64,000 bases of DNA from Octopus vulgaris (lineage: Eukaryota): NCBI GenBank assembly GCA_951406725.2, contig OX597824.1, positions 15,190,001-15,254,000 on the forward strand. The letters run 5' to 3'. Position 1 is the stretch's first letter; the number at the start of each line of letters is the position of its first letter. The notes under the pieces are model-generated. The model had not been told where the DNA came from, made no database searches, and saw nothing but the letters and a program-made list of their open reading frames with translations. The position numbers and the translations under genes were made by a program. Shown in pieces: positions 27,596 through 40,760 of the stretch.

Positions 27596-27692
<97 letters not shown>

Positions 27693-28150
27693 GCACATTC
27701 ACATACACACACTCACATTTACACATACACGCACCAACTCCCGCATGTGAAGCAGCACAGTGAAACTTGACTTACGTCTATATACAAATATGTATACACA
27801 CACATAAATGTGTGTGTGTCTGTCTATGTGAGTATGTATGCATGTTTATGTGTGCGTGTGTGTGTGTATGTGTATATTTATATGTGTGTATGTATATTCT
27901 TTGCTACAGAACTCATTGTTCAACCCCTATAAATCTCATAATTATTTTACACATGCTTCGCCAGCCACTTAGAACTAACTAGATGATGAGGTAGGCGGTA
28001 ATGCGAATTAACTTAACTAATGTTAATAAATATTTACTCAAATATTAAGATGCTTAGAAGTCTGTGATGTAAATCGGTAACACCCCCCTCTATTTGTGGA
28101 TACAGATGACTTAGTGGTTATTTTATCGTGCTTATGATCGTGAGATTGTA

Positions 28151-28716
28151 TTGGGTTGTCCGGAAAGTTCGTGCCGATTTATAGTAGCTTACATTTCGAC
28201 TTATTTTAGAACATGGTTGAGTCCATAAAATAGGATTTGACTGCAGCTCCATTTAGAGCACAGTTTAAGCTATCTTTTCGTGGAAGAAGGTTTATATTCC
28301 TATAACCTGTGTTAATTCTGTAACCCTTTAAAATGGAAGGTAAGAAAGTTCATTTTCGGCACTTGATGCTTTGGGAACCAGACAAAAATTGCTGCAGCTC
28401 GGCTGGGATGTGTTACCCCAACCCTCCATATTCACCAGATATTGCTCCTTCGGATTTCCACTTATTCAGGTATCGGCAGAATAGTCTTAATGGTAAAAAT
28501 TTCAATTCCTTGGATGACGTAAAAAGATACCTTGATGAATTCTTTGCCATGAAACCACCTCTATTCTGGGAAGAGGGTATTTTCAAGTTAAAGGAAAGAT
28601 GGAGATGCATTGTGCAACAAAATGGTTCATATTTGGTTGATTAAAAATGTAATGGTAAGTATTTACTGGCCTTTTTTTCCCTTTAAAAATCGGCACGAAC
28701 TTTCCGGACTACCCAA
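28151..28716 (+). mobile_element. Non-autonomous mariner (566 bp), copy 2
   Basis: Same TIRs and deletion as 12848-13413. ORF 28333-28644 fuses the transposase N-terminus (MEGKKVHFRHLMLWE) to the C-terminus (PPYSPDIAPSDFHLF..GIFKLKERW). Confidence 0.95.
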
Positions 28717-28777
28717 TATTAAGATGGTTAGAAGTCTGTGATATAAATCAGTGACACCTCCGTCTATTTGTGGATAC

Positions 28778-29008
28778 ACATGGCTTAGTGGTTATTTTGT
28801 CGTGCTTATGATCGTGAGATTGTAGTTTCAATACCTTGATCGAGCGATGTGTTGTGTTCTTGAGCAAATTGTGTTCTCGAGCAAAACACTTCATTTCACG
28901 TTGCTCCACTCCACTCAGCTGGTAAAAAGGAGTCACTCACTGACGGACCGGCGTCCCGTCCAGGGAGGAATATATAGGTCCGAGAAACCGGGAAACCGGC
29001 CCTGTGCT
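28778..29008 (+). mobile_element. SINE family D (tRNA head, CORE-like TTGAGCAAAACACTT, V-domain-like GACGGACCGGCGTCCCGTCCAGGG)
   Basis: A box TGGCTTAGTGG. Related fragments at 8267-8312, 12346-12415 and 42355-42455 (-). Confidence 0.7.
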
Positions 29009-29754
29009 CCTTACCGAGTAACGTGAACTAACCTAACCCCATTACTTAATATGAGCAGCCCTCAGTGAGAGTCCTCACAATCACTCCAGATACTGAACCT
29101 CACTGAGGATCTCTCCTGCTGAAAACACGTTCTGTTACAACACTACAACATTCGAATAAGACCCACAATACAGTAATATTTCCGCATCTAGAAGGATGCT
29201 ACTGCTGTCTACAAAGACATCCTTGATCTCATCCAGAGAAGATTCTCTTGAAGAACCGGTATTCAGTCGCAAACGGACACGTTCTAGCTTCTGGCCCTTC
29301 AATCGTGCTGGTTCTTCTCTCTCCGTTATTTTTATCGTAACCAGGGCCAGATTAAGGCCTATAGAGATTCTAAGCTCTTAAAAGATTTTGGTGCCTCCAT
29401 ATATATGTAATTAAAAAAATAAACAATAATACATCATAAAATACATGTGTATGCGCACACACACACACTGACCTACACACATGCGCACATGCAAACAAAA
29501 AGAACTTAGCTCGGATAACGGACACAGACAACGACTATTGAAAAGGCTGCAAGAGGCAACGAAAATTAATTTTCGGTAAAATAAATAAGTAAATGAGTGG
29601 AAAATTTACCGGCGGGTGTGTTAAATAATAAGGCACTAAAACAGAATGACTCCCCACAGACACTGCAAAATAATAAAATAGATTTTTGTTTTTCAAAGTG
29701 AAACAAATCTGCCAGTAAGATGGAAAATAATGTTTATTTGTGTATACTTTTGTA

Positions 29755-29948
29755 TACTTCCACTTTCCGGGAAGAGGGTAAGTTGATTAAATCGATCCCT
29801 GTACACAACTGGTAATTACTTCATCGACCCCAAAAAGGATGAAAAACAAAGTCGACCTTGGCGGAATTTGAACTCAGAACATAACGACGGGTGAAATACC
29901 GGTAGCATTTTGCCCGGTGAGCTAATGATTCTGCTTGCTCACCGCCTT
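29755..29948 (-). mobile_element. Old SINE-B copy
   Basis: Diverged Meta-like domain and head. Confidence 0.8.
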
Positions 29949-29996
29949 AAGTCAATGTTTCATATATTATACGTGTGTATGTCAATATAAGCGTGA

Positions 29997-30054
<58 letters not shown>

Positions 30055-30153
30055 GTATATAAGACGGTGCAAGTATATGCGTGTTATGTCAATATATACC
30101 TGCATATATGTAAGTCAAATTGTCTATATATGTATATGTCAATATATATATGC

Positions 30154-30185
<32 letters not shown>

Positions 30186-30621
30186 GTTTGTGTGTGTGCG
30201 TGCATATATGTATATATATACACACATATATATACATATATGTATATATATATATATGTATATATATGTATATATATATACATATATACATATATATATA
30301 TATATACATATATATGTGTATATATACATATATATATATATGTATATATATATATACATTTACACATCTATACATGCATGTATGTAAGTTAATGTGTTTA
30401 TATTCTTGAGTATGTCATGTGCATGTATATATTCGCACAAGTTAATCCGTATGTTTATGTGCATATATATCATTATATATGTGTGTTAGTGTATGTATAT
30501 GTGTATGTGTATGTGCGTGTATGTATGTATGTATTCATGTATGTATGCTTGTTCGTGTGAATCAATTCGTCAGTACATTGTGTGTGTATGTATGTGAGTA
30601 TGTATATGTCAATATATCTAC

Positions 30622-30705
<84 letters not shown>

Positions 30706-31339
30706 CCATGTGTCCATGTGTCCATGTGTGTACTTCAAGTTCTTGCATATTATTACTGTGTGTACGTTTCTTAATGACTCGAGAGCAGATTGGGTGCTTA
30801 AATCTGCTGGCACGTTCGTTAAAACACTTCAGTGATCAACAAATCTCAACAATTTGACACGAAATAACGAGGGAGACGTAGGAAAGCAGACAGAAGAGTG
30901 GGTACTTAAAAAGGGAGGACAAAATGGTGGGAGTTGAATAATTTAGCGTTTGCAACCAGCCATGCTTCTGTCTGAACATCTCCCAACCCTTCTAGCCAAC
31001 TGCCCAACCGGCCAGATAGTATGCCAGATATTCACACATACACGCATGCATTTAACAAGAGATCAATTGATGAAGTGTCCAGACAGACAGACAAGCAATG
31101 GTTCTTCTGGTTATCTATTGATCTATTGATGTATTGATCTGAGTTTCCATCCTTTGATTCCTCGACCATAGATTCATCCGGCTGCCTTTTGCTCCACAAT
31201 TTGAATCAATCGGGCTGTAAGCTAATCGCTTACGTTTCTGTTTTCAATCCAGTGAAACTCTCCACCAAAACGCTCCTCCTGTTTCCTCCCTATATCCCTA
31301 TGTCCGTCCTTATTCTCAACGCTAATCTATATCTTTTAC

Positions 31340-31567
31340 GGCGAGCTGGCAGAAACGTTAGCACGCCGGGAGAAATGCGTAGCCGTATTTCGTCTGGCGT
31401 TACGTTCTGAGTTCAAATTTCGCCGAGGTTGACTTTGCCTTTCATCCTTTCGGGGTCGATAAATTAAGTCCCAGTTGCGCACTGGAGTCGATATAATCGA
31501 CTTAATCCGTTTATCTGTCCTTGTTTGTCCCCTCTGTGTTTAGCCCCTTGTGGGTAGTAAAGAAATA
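31340..31567 (+). mobile_element. SINE-B (tail-1) monomer inserted at the tail of a SINE-A (31570-32168, -)
   Basis: TSD TATATCTTTTAC on both sides. Confidence 0.85.
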
Positions 31568-31859
31568 TATATCTTTTACTTGTTTCAGTGATTAGACTGC
31601 GGCCATGCTGGTGCACCGCCTTGAAGATTTTTTTTTTTTTAGTCGAATGAATCGACCCCAGTACTTACTTTATGTTAAGACGGGGACTTATTCTATCGGG
31701 CTCCTATTACCGTACCGCTAGGTTGCGGGGACGTAAACGCCAAAACCGATTGTCAAGCGGTGATCGTGCGAGGGACAAACATAGAAAAAGACACACACAC
31801 ACATACACACACTCGCACGCATACGCATACACAGTCATACATACATGCGCATACACACG

Positions 31860-31986
<127 letters not shown>

Positions 31987-32274
31987 ATATATATACATAC
32001 ATATATGCGACGGGTTTCTTTCAGTTTCCATCTATCAAATCCACTCACTTGGCTTTGGTCGGCTCGAAGCTATAGCAGAAGACACAGGCCCAAGGTAGCA
32101 CGAGTGGGACTGAACCTGGAACTATGTGTTTGGGAAGCAAGATTCTTACCACTCAGCTACGCCTGCGTGTGTGGTAATAGTGGTAGCTATGGTGGGTGGT
32201 AGTGATGGTGGTTGCGACAATGGCAACCATCTGTATGTAACCGAAATGTGGCCAAACGGTTAAGTACTTCACTT

Positions 32275-32674
32275 GTAGGAGTGGCTGTGTGGTAAGTAGC
32301 TTGCTAACCAACCACATGGTTCCGGGTTCAGTCCCACTGCGTGGCATCTTGGGCGAGTGTCTTCTGCTATAGCCCCGGGCCGACCAATGCCTTGTGAGTG
32401 GATTTGGTAGACGGAAACTGAAAGAAGCCTGTCGTATATATGTATATATATATATGTGTGTCTGTTTGTGTGTCTGTGTTGTCCCCCTAGCATTGCTTGA
32501 CAACCGATGCTAGTGTGTTTACGTCCCCGTTACTTAGCGGTTCGGCAAAAAAAAAAGAGACCGATAGAATAAGTACTGGGCTTACAAAGAATAAGTCCCG
32601 GGTCGATTTGCTCGACTAAAGGCAGTGCTCCAGCATGGCCGCAGTCAAATGACTGAAACAAGTAAAGAGTAAAG
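32275..32674 (+). mobile_element. SINE family A
   Basis: Head to AGTAAAGAGTAAAGAG tail. Confidence 0.9.
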
Positions 32675-33605
32675 AGATCAGAAGATGTAGTGTTCGATTC
32701 GATTCGATTCAACGGCTTGTCTTCTTGAGGAAGTGTCGTTTACTTTAACCTCGAGTCGATGTAAAACTTTTAAATGAAACTGGGTAGATGCTCGGGAGAG
32801 TGGGAGAGGGGTTGGAAGGGTAAGGAGAGAAGTTTCTCAACCCTTTTCCTTTTACTCGGTGGTATAATTGAGAAGGGTTTAGTTAAGGGTATAGAAGAGA
32901 ACGCAGCACTACCTCTGGGAGGGAACGCGTGTTCCCCCCCCCCCCACTTTGCCGGCTAGTATGTAATGTTAGTTATCAGCGTACAATATTTTGATTAATC
33001 TCTATCCAAGTATAATTACTAATTTAAAATAGAAATATCCAATGTTAATAAGTCGAGTTGCTCCAAGAATATTAAAAATAGGGGATGAAAGTTATCAGCA
33101 TATAATATTGTTCAATCCATATACTTACATCGGATTTAAATGTGAAATATCAAGTTCTAATAAGGCGAGTTGCTGTAAGAATATCCAAAATATGCACTGG
33201 ATATTTATCAAGAGTTTATCAAGATATAGCATTTTCTAATCCCTATCCAAGCGGAAACAGTCTCATCGGATTCAAATATGAAATATCGAATGTACTCCAG
33301 CTAATTTTATTAGGTCCATTCTAGGAACAATTATTTGAATGACTCATGTTGCTATCTCTAACTTATGTGACAGGAATATTGAACTTGAAAATTTATAAAA
33401 TTTATTGTATAAATTGAAAGATATCCTACAGTGTATATTGCCTAAAGGACCGAATGAATGAACGACTTATATCAATGTAATAAGAGTTTTCACCGGGGGT
33501 GCGTCCGCATGAAAACCTTTCGTTATTTAGAAATCTTACTGTTTCTTTTTCTTCTGAAAATTATATCAGTTGTGTGCAACATCGTTCTATATATAAGAGA
33601 TGAGG

Positions 33606-33671
<66 letters not shown>

Positions 33672-33958
33672 TTGGAATGACCAATTTTAAACACCATTGG
33701 ATCTCGCACACATGGTACAGGAAACTTACATATGCACCATTCTGTTTAAATAATGGAACTGCAGATACAATATCTGTTCCTCCACTTCACTCTGTATTTC
33801 ATATCTTCTCTATAACAACTATTAATTAAACATTTTCTTGCACCGTCTCTGATGAAAGGATATATAGAATATCCCGGAAACAGCTGTAAAACCTTCTCTT
33901 CATAAATGTTCTGAAAGCTTTCACTGGCTTGGATTTTTTATCTCATTCTGTTAATTTA
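33672..33958 (+). mobile_element. PLE 3' end: endonuclease C-terminal remnant, hammerhead and tail, in (TA)n
   Basis: RKLTYAPFCLNN resembles the PLE L.T..P.GLN terminus and is followed by a hammerhead motif. Confidence 0.7.
33845..33892 (+). ncRNA. Minimal type-I hammerhead ribozyme motif (PLE type)
   Basis: CUGAUGA 33849-55, stem II GGAUAU/AUAUCC, GAAA 33877-80, palindromic stem III ACAGCUGU, GUA cleavage triplet. Stem I GUCU/AAAC has one mismatch. Confidence 0.8.
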
Positions 33959-33968
33959 TATATATATA

Positions 33969-34258
33969 ATGACCACTAATAGTGGACAGCCTGAATGGTA
34001 GATATAGACGTCAATATTTTCGTATATTTTCATTTGTCTTATTTTTAAACTTTGGTTTTTGTTGACTTTTGTTTTTGAGAACACGTTCTTCGTGGTAAAT
34101 GGCGAGTTTGACGTCTATATCTAGCATACAGGCTGTCCACTATTAGTGGTCAATCCTCTTAATTTTGTATGCATAACATTTTTAATCTTCGGATTTTTTA
34201 AATAATATGCTAGGCCACTGGTTTTAATTGATTAATATCAATTTCTACCCTTATTTTA

Positions 34259-34262
<4 letters not shown>
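33969..34262 (+). mobile_element. Inverted repeat (45-bp arms 33969-34014 / 34108-34154) plus tail in (TA)n; probable PLE stub
   Basis: Direct reading. The tail is related to 14654-14757 and 51950-51992. Confidence 0.6.
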
Positions 34263-34326
<64 letters not shown>

Positions 34327-34335
34327 TATATTCAG

Positions 34336-34695
34336 AGAAAAAAAGAAAAAAATTGAGATTGGGAAGTTAATACTTGTTTACTATTAACAGCAAATTAATC
34401 ATGATACCTTACAACTGTTTCAATTAATACTCAGTAAATATTAAGTAGATTTTAAATTTACATGACCTGAGTATAATATATTCAGAGGGATAAAAATGTA
34501 TCCTTGAATGCTTTATATGCGTTTTTGGATTCATTATAGCAGACTCTGAAGATATTATGCTCGGGTCATATAATTTTAGTATTTACTTAATATTTACTGA
34601 ATATGAAGTGAAACAGCTGTAAGGAATGATGATTGATTTGCTGTTGATAATAAACAATTATTAACTTCTCAATCTCCATTTTCTTTTTCGTCTTC
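34336..34695. mobile_element. Back-to-back inverted PLE ends, each with a hammerhead motif with long stem II
   Basis: Plus arm: CUGAAGA 34546-52...GAAACAGCUGUA 34610-21. Minus arm: CCU-CUGAAUA...GAAACAGUUGUA-AGG. Arms are about 155 bp and imperfect. Confidence 0.7.
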
Positions 34696-34724
34696 TTCTT
34701 CTTATAAAATGTATATATCTATAT

Positions 34725-34942
34725 CAGTGGTTTTCAACCAGGGTTCCGCGGAACCTTAGGGTTCTGCCAGTACAGTCCAGGGGTTCCGCAAGAAGTTACA
34801 AAACTGCTAAAATCGGCAGTAATTTTTAAGTCTCCTGTGCTGATATGTGTGCATAAGACTATTAAATTATTGCACAGGGGTTCCTCGAGCCAGTGGAATG
34901 TTTCCTTGGGGTTCCGCTCCAGAAAAAGTTTGAAAAGCACTG
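34725..34942. mobile_element. hAT-superfamily MITE (218 bp)
   Basis: TIRs CAGTGGTTTTCAA/TTGAAAAGCACTG, perfect 8-bp TSD ATCTATAT, subterminal GGGTTCC repeats. Confidence 0.93.
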
Positions 34943-35309
34943 ATCTATATAGATGCATGCGAACGTGTGTATTCATCTTTATGCGTCAGAGTGTATGTGT
35001 GTTTGTATTGTTGTCGGTATCAGTTGAAGAGAGAATAAGAGAATGGGAGAAAGGACAGAATGAAAGAAAGAGAGAGAGAGAAATAGAGAAAGAAAAGGAG
35101 AAAGAAGAGAGTATGAAAGAGAGAGATTGTATGTGTGTGTGTGTTTGTGTGTGTGAGTGTGTGGGGAGAATATGTTAATCGGTCAGGTCTCAGTACTAAC
35201 GAGGTAGAACAGAAAATGAGAAGGAGGCTGAAGAGGACAAAAAAGAAGAGCAAAACCCCAGAAAACAAAAAAAAAGAACAAAGAAGAGGACGTGAGAGCA
35301 TGATTACTG

Positions 35310-35484
35310 ATTATGGTGATGATGGTGATGATGACAATGATGATGACAATGATGAAGACGACGACAACGACGATGATGGTGACGACGATGATGATGATGA
35401 AAATGATGACGATGAAGATGGTGACGATGATGATGATAACCATAATGAATAATAATGATAATGTTGATGATAATGACAATGGTG

Positions 35485-35521
<37 letters not shown>

Positions 35522-35535
35522 TGATGATGATAATC

Positions 35536-35569
<34 letters not shown>

Positions 35570-35576
35570 TAATAAC

Positions 35577-35626
<50 letters not shown>

Positions 35627-35631
35627 TAATG

Positions 35632-35677
<46 letters not shown>

Positions 35678-35724
35678 TGATGATGATGATAATAATAATA
35701 ATGATGATAATAATAATAATGATG

Positions 35725-35768
<44 letters not shown>

Positions 35769-35859
35769 TATAATAATAATAATAATGATAATAATAATTC
35801 CAATGATAATAATAATAATAATAATAATGATGATGATAATAATAATAATAATAATGATG

Positions 35860-35891
<32 letters not shown>

Positions 35892-35931
35892 AATAATAAT
35901 AATGATGATGATGATAATAATAATAATAATG

Positions 35932-36013
<82 letters not shown>

Positions 36014-36055
36014 GATGATAATGATAATGAGGATGATGATGACAATGATGATGAT
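35310..36055. repeat. Compound (GAT/GAC)n-(AAT)n microsatellite
   Basis: Direct reading. Confidence 0.95.
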
Positions 36056-36284
36056 TAGAAGAAGGAAAAGGAAGAGGAAGAGGAAGGGGAGGAAGAGGAT
36101 GAGGAGAAAGAGAAGAGCGCGTAATGAAGGGAATGTAACGTAATAAATTTAACGAGAAAACGAAATCAAGTTCAATGAATGGCTCCTAAACAGATTGAAG
36201 GAACCGCTGGAGTGTTGACGTTCTTAATATATACGAGTTGGTTTTGTTTCTTTTTCCTTGGGATGATTATCGCTCTGTCTGTTC

Positions 36285-36302
36285 GTGCCTGTGCGTGCGT
36301 GC

Positions 36303-36333
<31 letters not shown>

Positions 36334-36990
36334 AGAGAGCGTGTGTATGTGTGTATGTGTGTGAGTGTTTGTGCGTGCGTGTGTGTGTGCGTGTGTGGTG
36401 TGTTTGTGTGTGTGAGTGTGGTGTGTTTGTGTGTGTGTATTCGTGTGTATGTGAGAGTGTTTGTGTGCGTGAGTGTTTGTGTATGTGTGAGTGTTCGCGC
36501 GTGTGTGTGTGAGTGTGTGTGTGCTTGTGTGTGCGAGTGTGTGGCGTACGTTTTCGAGAGTGTGCGTGTGTTCGTATGTGGTGTGTGCGTGTGTGTATTC
36601 GTGTGTTTGTGTGTCTGTGTGTGTATGTGTGAGTGTTTGCGTGTGTGTGTGTGAGTGTTTGTGTGTTTGTGTGTGTTCGTGTGCGGCGTATGTTTTCTTG
36701 TGTGTGCGTGTGAGTGTTTGTGAGTGTATGTTCGTATGTGATGTGTGTGTGTATTCGTGTGTATGTGAGTGTGCGTTTGTATGTGTGAGTGTGTAGCGCA
36801 TGTTTTCGTGTGTGTGTGCTTGTGAGTGTTTGTGTGTGTGTGTGTGAAAGTGTTTGTGTGTGTGTTCGTGTCTGTGCGTGCGTGGTCGTATGTGCGCGCG
36901 TGTGTGTGTGATTGTTTGTTTGTGCGTGTGAGTGTTTGCGTGTGTGCAAGTGTGTGAGCCCGCGTGTGCGTGTTTGTGCGTGTGTGTGGT
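36285..36990. repeat. Degenerate (TG)n block
   Basis: Direct reading. Confidence 0.9.
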
Positions 36991-37348
36991 GGTCTTGTGG
37001 TGGTGCTTTAGTAGAAGTGAAAGCGTACCGGAGAGAAATGCACTTCAAAAAATCCCCACTCCTTTGAGTTCAAATATAATCAGCACCGTTTCATATAATA
37101 CTCAACGAGCTGCTAACGAGACGGACCCCCACGCGGCCACACAACCAGGCAGGAATAGAACCTAAATCATCCTACCATCATATACAAAAAAAAAAAAATT
37201 AACCCCTCATCAAAAAATCCACCCCAAAAAATAGGTGGGGGACTTTGGGTGATATGGTTCTAGATATACTACGGGTGAAAAAAATGGCGGCTACCATTGA
37301 ACTGCTTTCGGTCATGTGTCTATCTCTATAAAGGCTAACTTAAGCTAG

Positions 37349-37382
<34 letters not shown>

Positions 37383-37869
37383 TTCCTCTCCTCCTCCTCC
37401 TCCTCCTCCTCCTACTACTACTACTACTACTACTGCCAACACTTTACTATAATAACCAATGCCATTACTAGTCTCCTCATTAAGTACTTTTATCGCAATT
37501 AGAACTTCCACCGTCCGATCACCAATACATCACCAGCACCAATGTCAGTACGGCACCACCACTATTGCCGCTGCTGCTTCTATTGCTATGACGACCAGCA
37601 CCTATATATCTTTACCTTCACTATTCCGATGTAAGCAAAACATGTAGAAGCCGTCAGGCGAAACTTAAAGTTTCAGTCAATACAAATTTCAAACATACAC
37701 ACACACACATGAACACACAGACAGACACACACATACAGATACACACACATGCACACACACATAGTTACTGATCCATGCAAATAGTAATGGAAAGTTGAAA
37801 ATGTACTGACAGTATATAAAAAGATTTTTTTATATTAATATTAATATACTTAACCGGTTTCACATCTCA

Positions 37870-38315
37870 TTGAATGTCATAATTGTGAGATTTGATAGGT
37901 GAGGAGCCTTATCGCAAACTGCATAGTTCCTTACCTTTGTTAAAAACATTCGTTCGTTTTAAAAGAGAGAATGTGGCATGTAGCTCATATCGCTATCAGT
38001 TAACGTACCTGAACCCTCTACCACCGATTATACACTCTTCTGCTTTCGAAGATCACATTTTCATTCTCCAGCTTCCGGTCAGTTATCTTTCAACGACGTT
38101 ACTATCAATATGTTTTCTCATGACTCCTTTTTCTCTTCTCTCGACTTTCTTATCCATATCCGACGAAGAACTATGCCTGAAGCGTCATATTTTTACTTCT
38201 AATTTTCCCCCAAAAAACTTTTATGATATTCACTATGAACATCCCTTTGACTTTGAAGTTTTGTTGTTTTCGTGTTTGAATTCGTCGTTCGTAATAGATT
38301 TCCTTATATATATAT
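37870..38315 (+). mobile_element. Old PLE-like end with eroded hammerhead (38160-38187)
   Basis: CCGACGAAGAAC-TAT-GCCT-GAAGCGTC, then a pyrimidine-rich tail ending at a TA run. Confidence 0.4.
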
Positions 38316-38599
38316 AGTATTAATAAAGTAGGATTTGGAATATATATATATATATAATACGAAATAAGACAAGAACGCAATAAACAAATTAATTAGAGAC
38401 GGAAATCTAACGAAATTTATACGGAATAAAATATATTATACATACAAATATTATACATATTTGGAACCCGAAACAATAAACATTTTCAAAGATATGAACA
38501 AAATATTAATGTTCAAACGATGCAAAAATATGTACATCCTAGAGAATTAAGTCTTCTGGGCATAGAGTCGACTAAATTTCTGCCTATAACCGATTAAAT

Positions 38600-39787
38600 C
38601 GACCTCCATTCATCCTGAAAGATGCCTTTCAACTATGTTACAATGCAGGTTTTTTCTCTCCTTAACCTTCCATTTAAAAACATCCGACAAATGTTCTATT
38701 GGGTTTAAATCAGGTGACATGGTAGGCCAAGGCAATACTTTACCTTTTTATCTGATAAAAACTTAGTCGTCATCTTTGAAGTGTGTTTAGGGTCACTATC
38801 GTGTTGAAACGTGGAATGTCTTCCTAGTTCCTTGATACTTTTCAACCTTGTTTTCTGCAATATATTACAACAAAACCTTGAATCCATTGTTCTCTCAATG
38901 TGAGTCCTCCCACACCAGCTGTACTCATGTATCCCCAACCATAACACTTCCTCCACCATGTTTCACGGTAGACTTAGTGCATTTGTCGCTATTATCTTCA
39001 CCTGGCCATCGCCATATTCGTTTAATACCATCTGACCCAAACAAGTTGATTTTAGTCTCGTCAGAAATAACAATTTTATTCCAAAACTCCTTCCCCTTAC
39101 TCACATAGGTCTTGACCAAAGAAAGACGACTTGATTTATGCCTGGTAGTGAGGAGAAGCTTCCTACGAGGAATGCGTCCATGAAGACCACACAGGTTCAA
39201 ACTTCGGTGAACTGTGTGAGTGTGTGTGGATACACTCTTTCCACATTAATAAAGGCGGCGAGTTGGCAGGAACATTAACACGCCGGGCGAAATGCTTAGC
39301 GGTATTTCGTCTGCCGTTACGTTCTGAGTTCAAATTCCGCCGAGGTCGACTTTGCCTTTCATCCTTTCGGGATCGATAAATTAAGTACCAGTTACGCACT
39401 GGGGTCGATGTAATCGACTTAATACCTATGTCTGTCCTTGTTTGTCCCCTCTGTGTTTAGCCCCTTGTGGGTAATAAAGAAATAGGATACACTCTTTCCA
39501 CTAACAGAAGACACTTCTTGGGTCAAAGATGAAGCGGTACGACGCCTATCGTCCATCACACAACGTTGGAGGTGACAAATATCATGCACAGTTAAAATAG
39601 AAGGATGACCTGGACGGTGTTTATTGTTTAGCTGTCCGGTAGCTTTGCAGTTCTGAATTACTTTGGCAACTGTTTTTACGCTAATATGTATTCGTTTCCT
39701 AATTAACTTGTATCCTAAACCATTTTTGTGCAAATTAAAAATAATTTCCTTCAATTCTTCAGACAACTTGTATCCTTTTGGTGCGAT
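38600..39787 (-). pseudogene. Tc1 transposase pseudogene
   Basis: APKGYKLSEELK..GLGYK..RPGHP..GLHGRIPRRK..ISDETKINLFGSDG..TVKHGGGSVMV..FQHDSDPKHTS..WPTMSPDLNPIEH, with frameshifts, a lost ATG and a SINE insertion. Confidence 0.92.
39254..39484 (+). mobile_element. SINE-B (tail-1) monomer with 17-bp TSD inside Tc1
   Basis: GGATACACTCTTTCCAC at 39228-39244 and 39485-39501. Confidence 0.93.
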
Positions 39788-40084
39788 TTTAATCACTATG
39801 AAGATTTTCACCACGGTACACAAACCAGAATTCCTGCAGATGCAGTAACAATGACCGGTGCAAAAAGGCCAGGACAAATATTTTATTACAATTGAAATTT
39901 ACAGCAATATCTGAATTTAGTTTTAAAAAGTGGATAAAATATTGAAAATAGAAAATTCCCTTTAGGGTGTACATATTTTTGTAACGTTTGAAATTTAATA
40001 TTTCGTTCATATCTTTGAAAATGTTTATTCTTTTGTGTTCCAAATTTGTATAATGATTGCATGCAAAGTATATTTTATTCAGTA

Positions 40085-40222
40085 AATTCCGCCGAGGTCG
40101 ACTTTGTCTTTCATCCTTTCGGAATCGATAAATTAAGTACCAGTTACGTACTTGGGTCGATCTAATCGACTGACCCCTCCCCCCAAATTTCGGGCCTTGT
40201 GCCTAGAATAGAAAAGAATATA
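40085..40222 (+). mobile_element. 5'-truncated SINE-B (tail-2)
   Basis: Meta-like domain plus tail. TATTTTATTCAGTA is repeated on both sides. Confidence 0.85.
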
Positions 40223-40439
40223 TTTTATTCAGTATAGATTTCGTTTGATTTCCTTCGATATTATCAGAGTAATGGCGATTTATTGAAATTTGTTTAGAGG
40301 TGAGATACAGTATTTGTATGTATGCATGTATGTATGTATGTATGTATGTATGTATGTATGTATGTATGTATGTATGTATGTATGTATGTATGAGTGTATG
40401 TATGTATATATGTAATGCATATCTGTCAAGACTGCAACC

Positions 40440-40760
40440 TCCTTGATTATTATGTGTGAGGCACAGCTGAACAACACAGACAAACAAAACTCCTTCTAAC
40501 ACTAAAAATGAACTGAAGGCAAGGATTATTGGAGCATTCACCAGTTTAAACAAGATGACCGTCCAGAAGAGTTGCAGGAGACTCCGAAGTCGCCTGGAGG
40601 CCGTAGTTGAAGCTAAATGTGATTTTATTGAATAAATTTACTCTTTAGTATTTCAATATATTTTTATGCAATTTTAGTAAAATATATCGATTTTAAATGA
40701 GATGTCAGTGTTATTTTCATTTTTGTGTAATTTAGACGACAATTTATTCAGCCTACCCTA
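40440..40760 (+). mobile_element. 3' fragment of DD37D (maT) transposon
   Basis: Homologous to 54795-55112 (NTKNELKARII.AFT.LNK.TVQKSCRR..RLEAVVEA plus right end). Confidence 0.88.

Larger units (their letters stand above)
38457..40046 (-). mobile_element. Decayed Tc1 (DD34E-type) transposon with nested SINE-B
   Basis: About 90-bp imperfect inverted repeats at 38457-38545 and 39953-40046 surround transposase fragments. Confidence 0.9.

Noticed and set aside
28333-28644. Functional mariner transposase
   Set aside because: Only 103 aa; an internal deletion removes the DNA-binding domain and the first two catalytic aspartates.
35135-36143. Acidic/Asn-rich protein
   Set aside because: It coincides exactly with GAT/AAT microsatellites and purine-rich low-complexity flanks.
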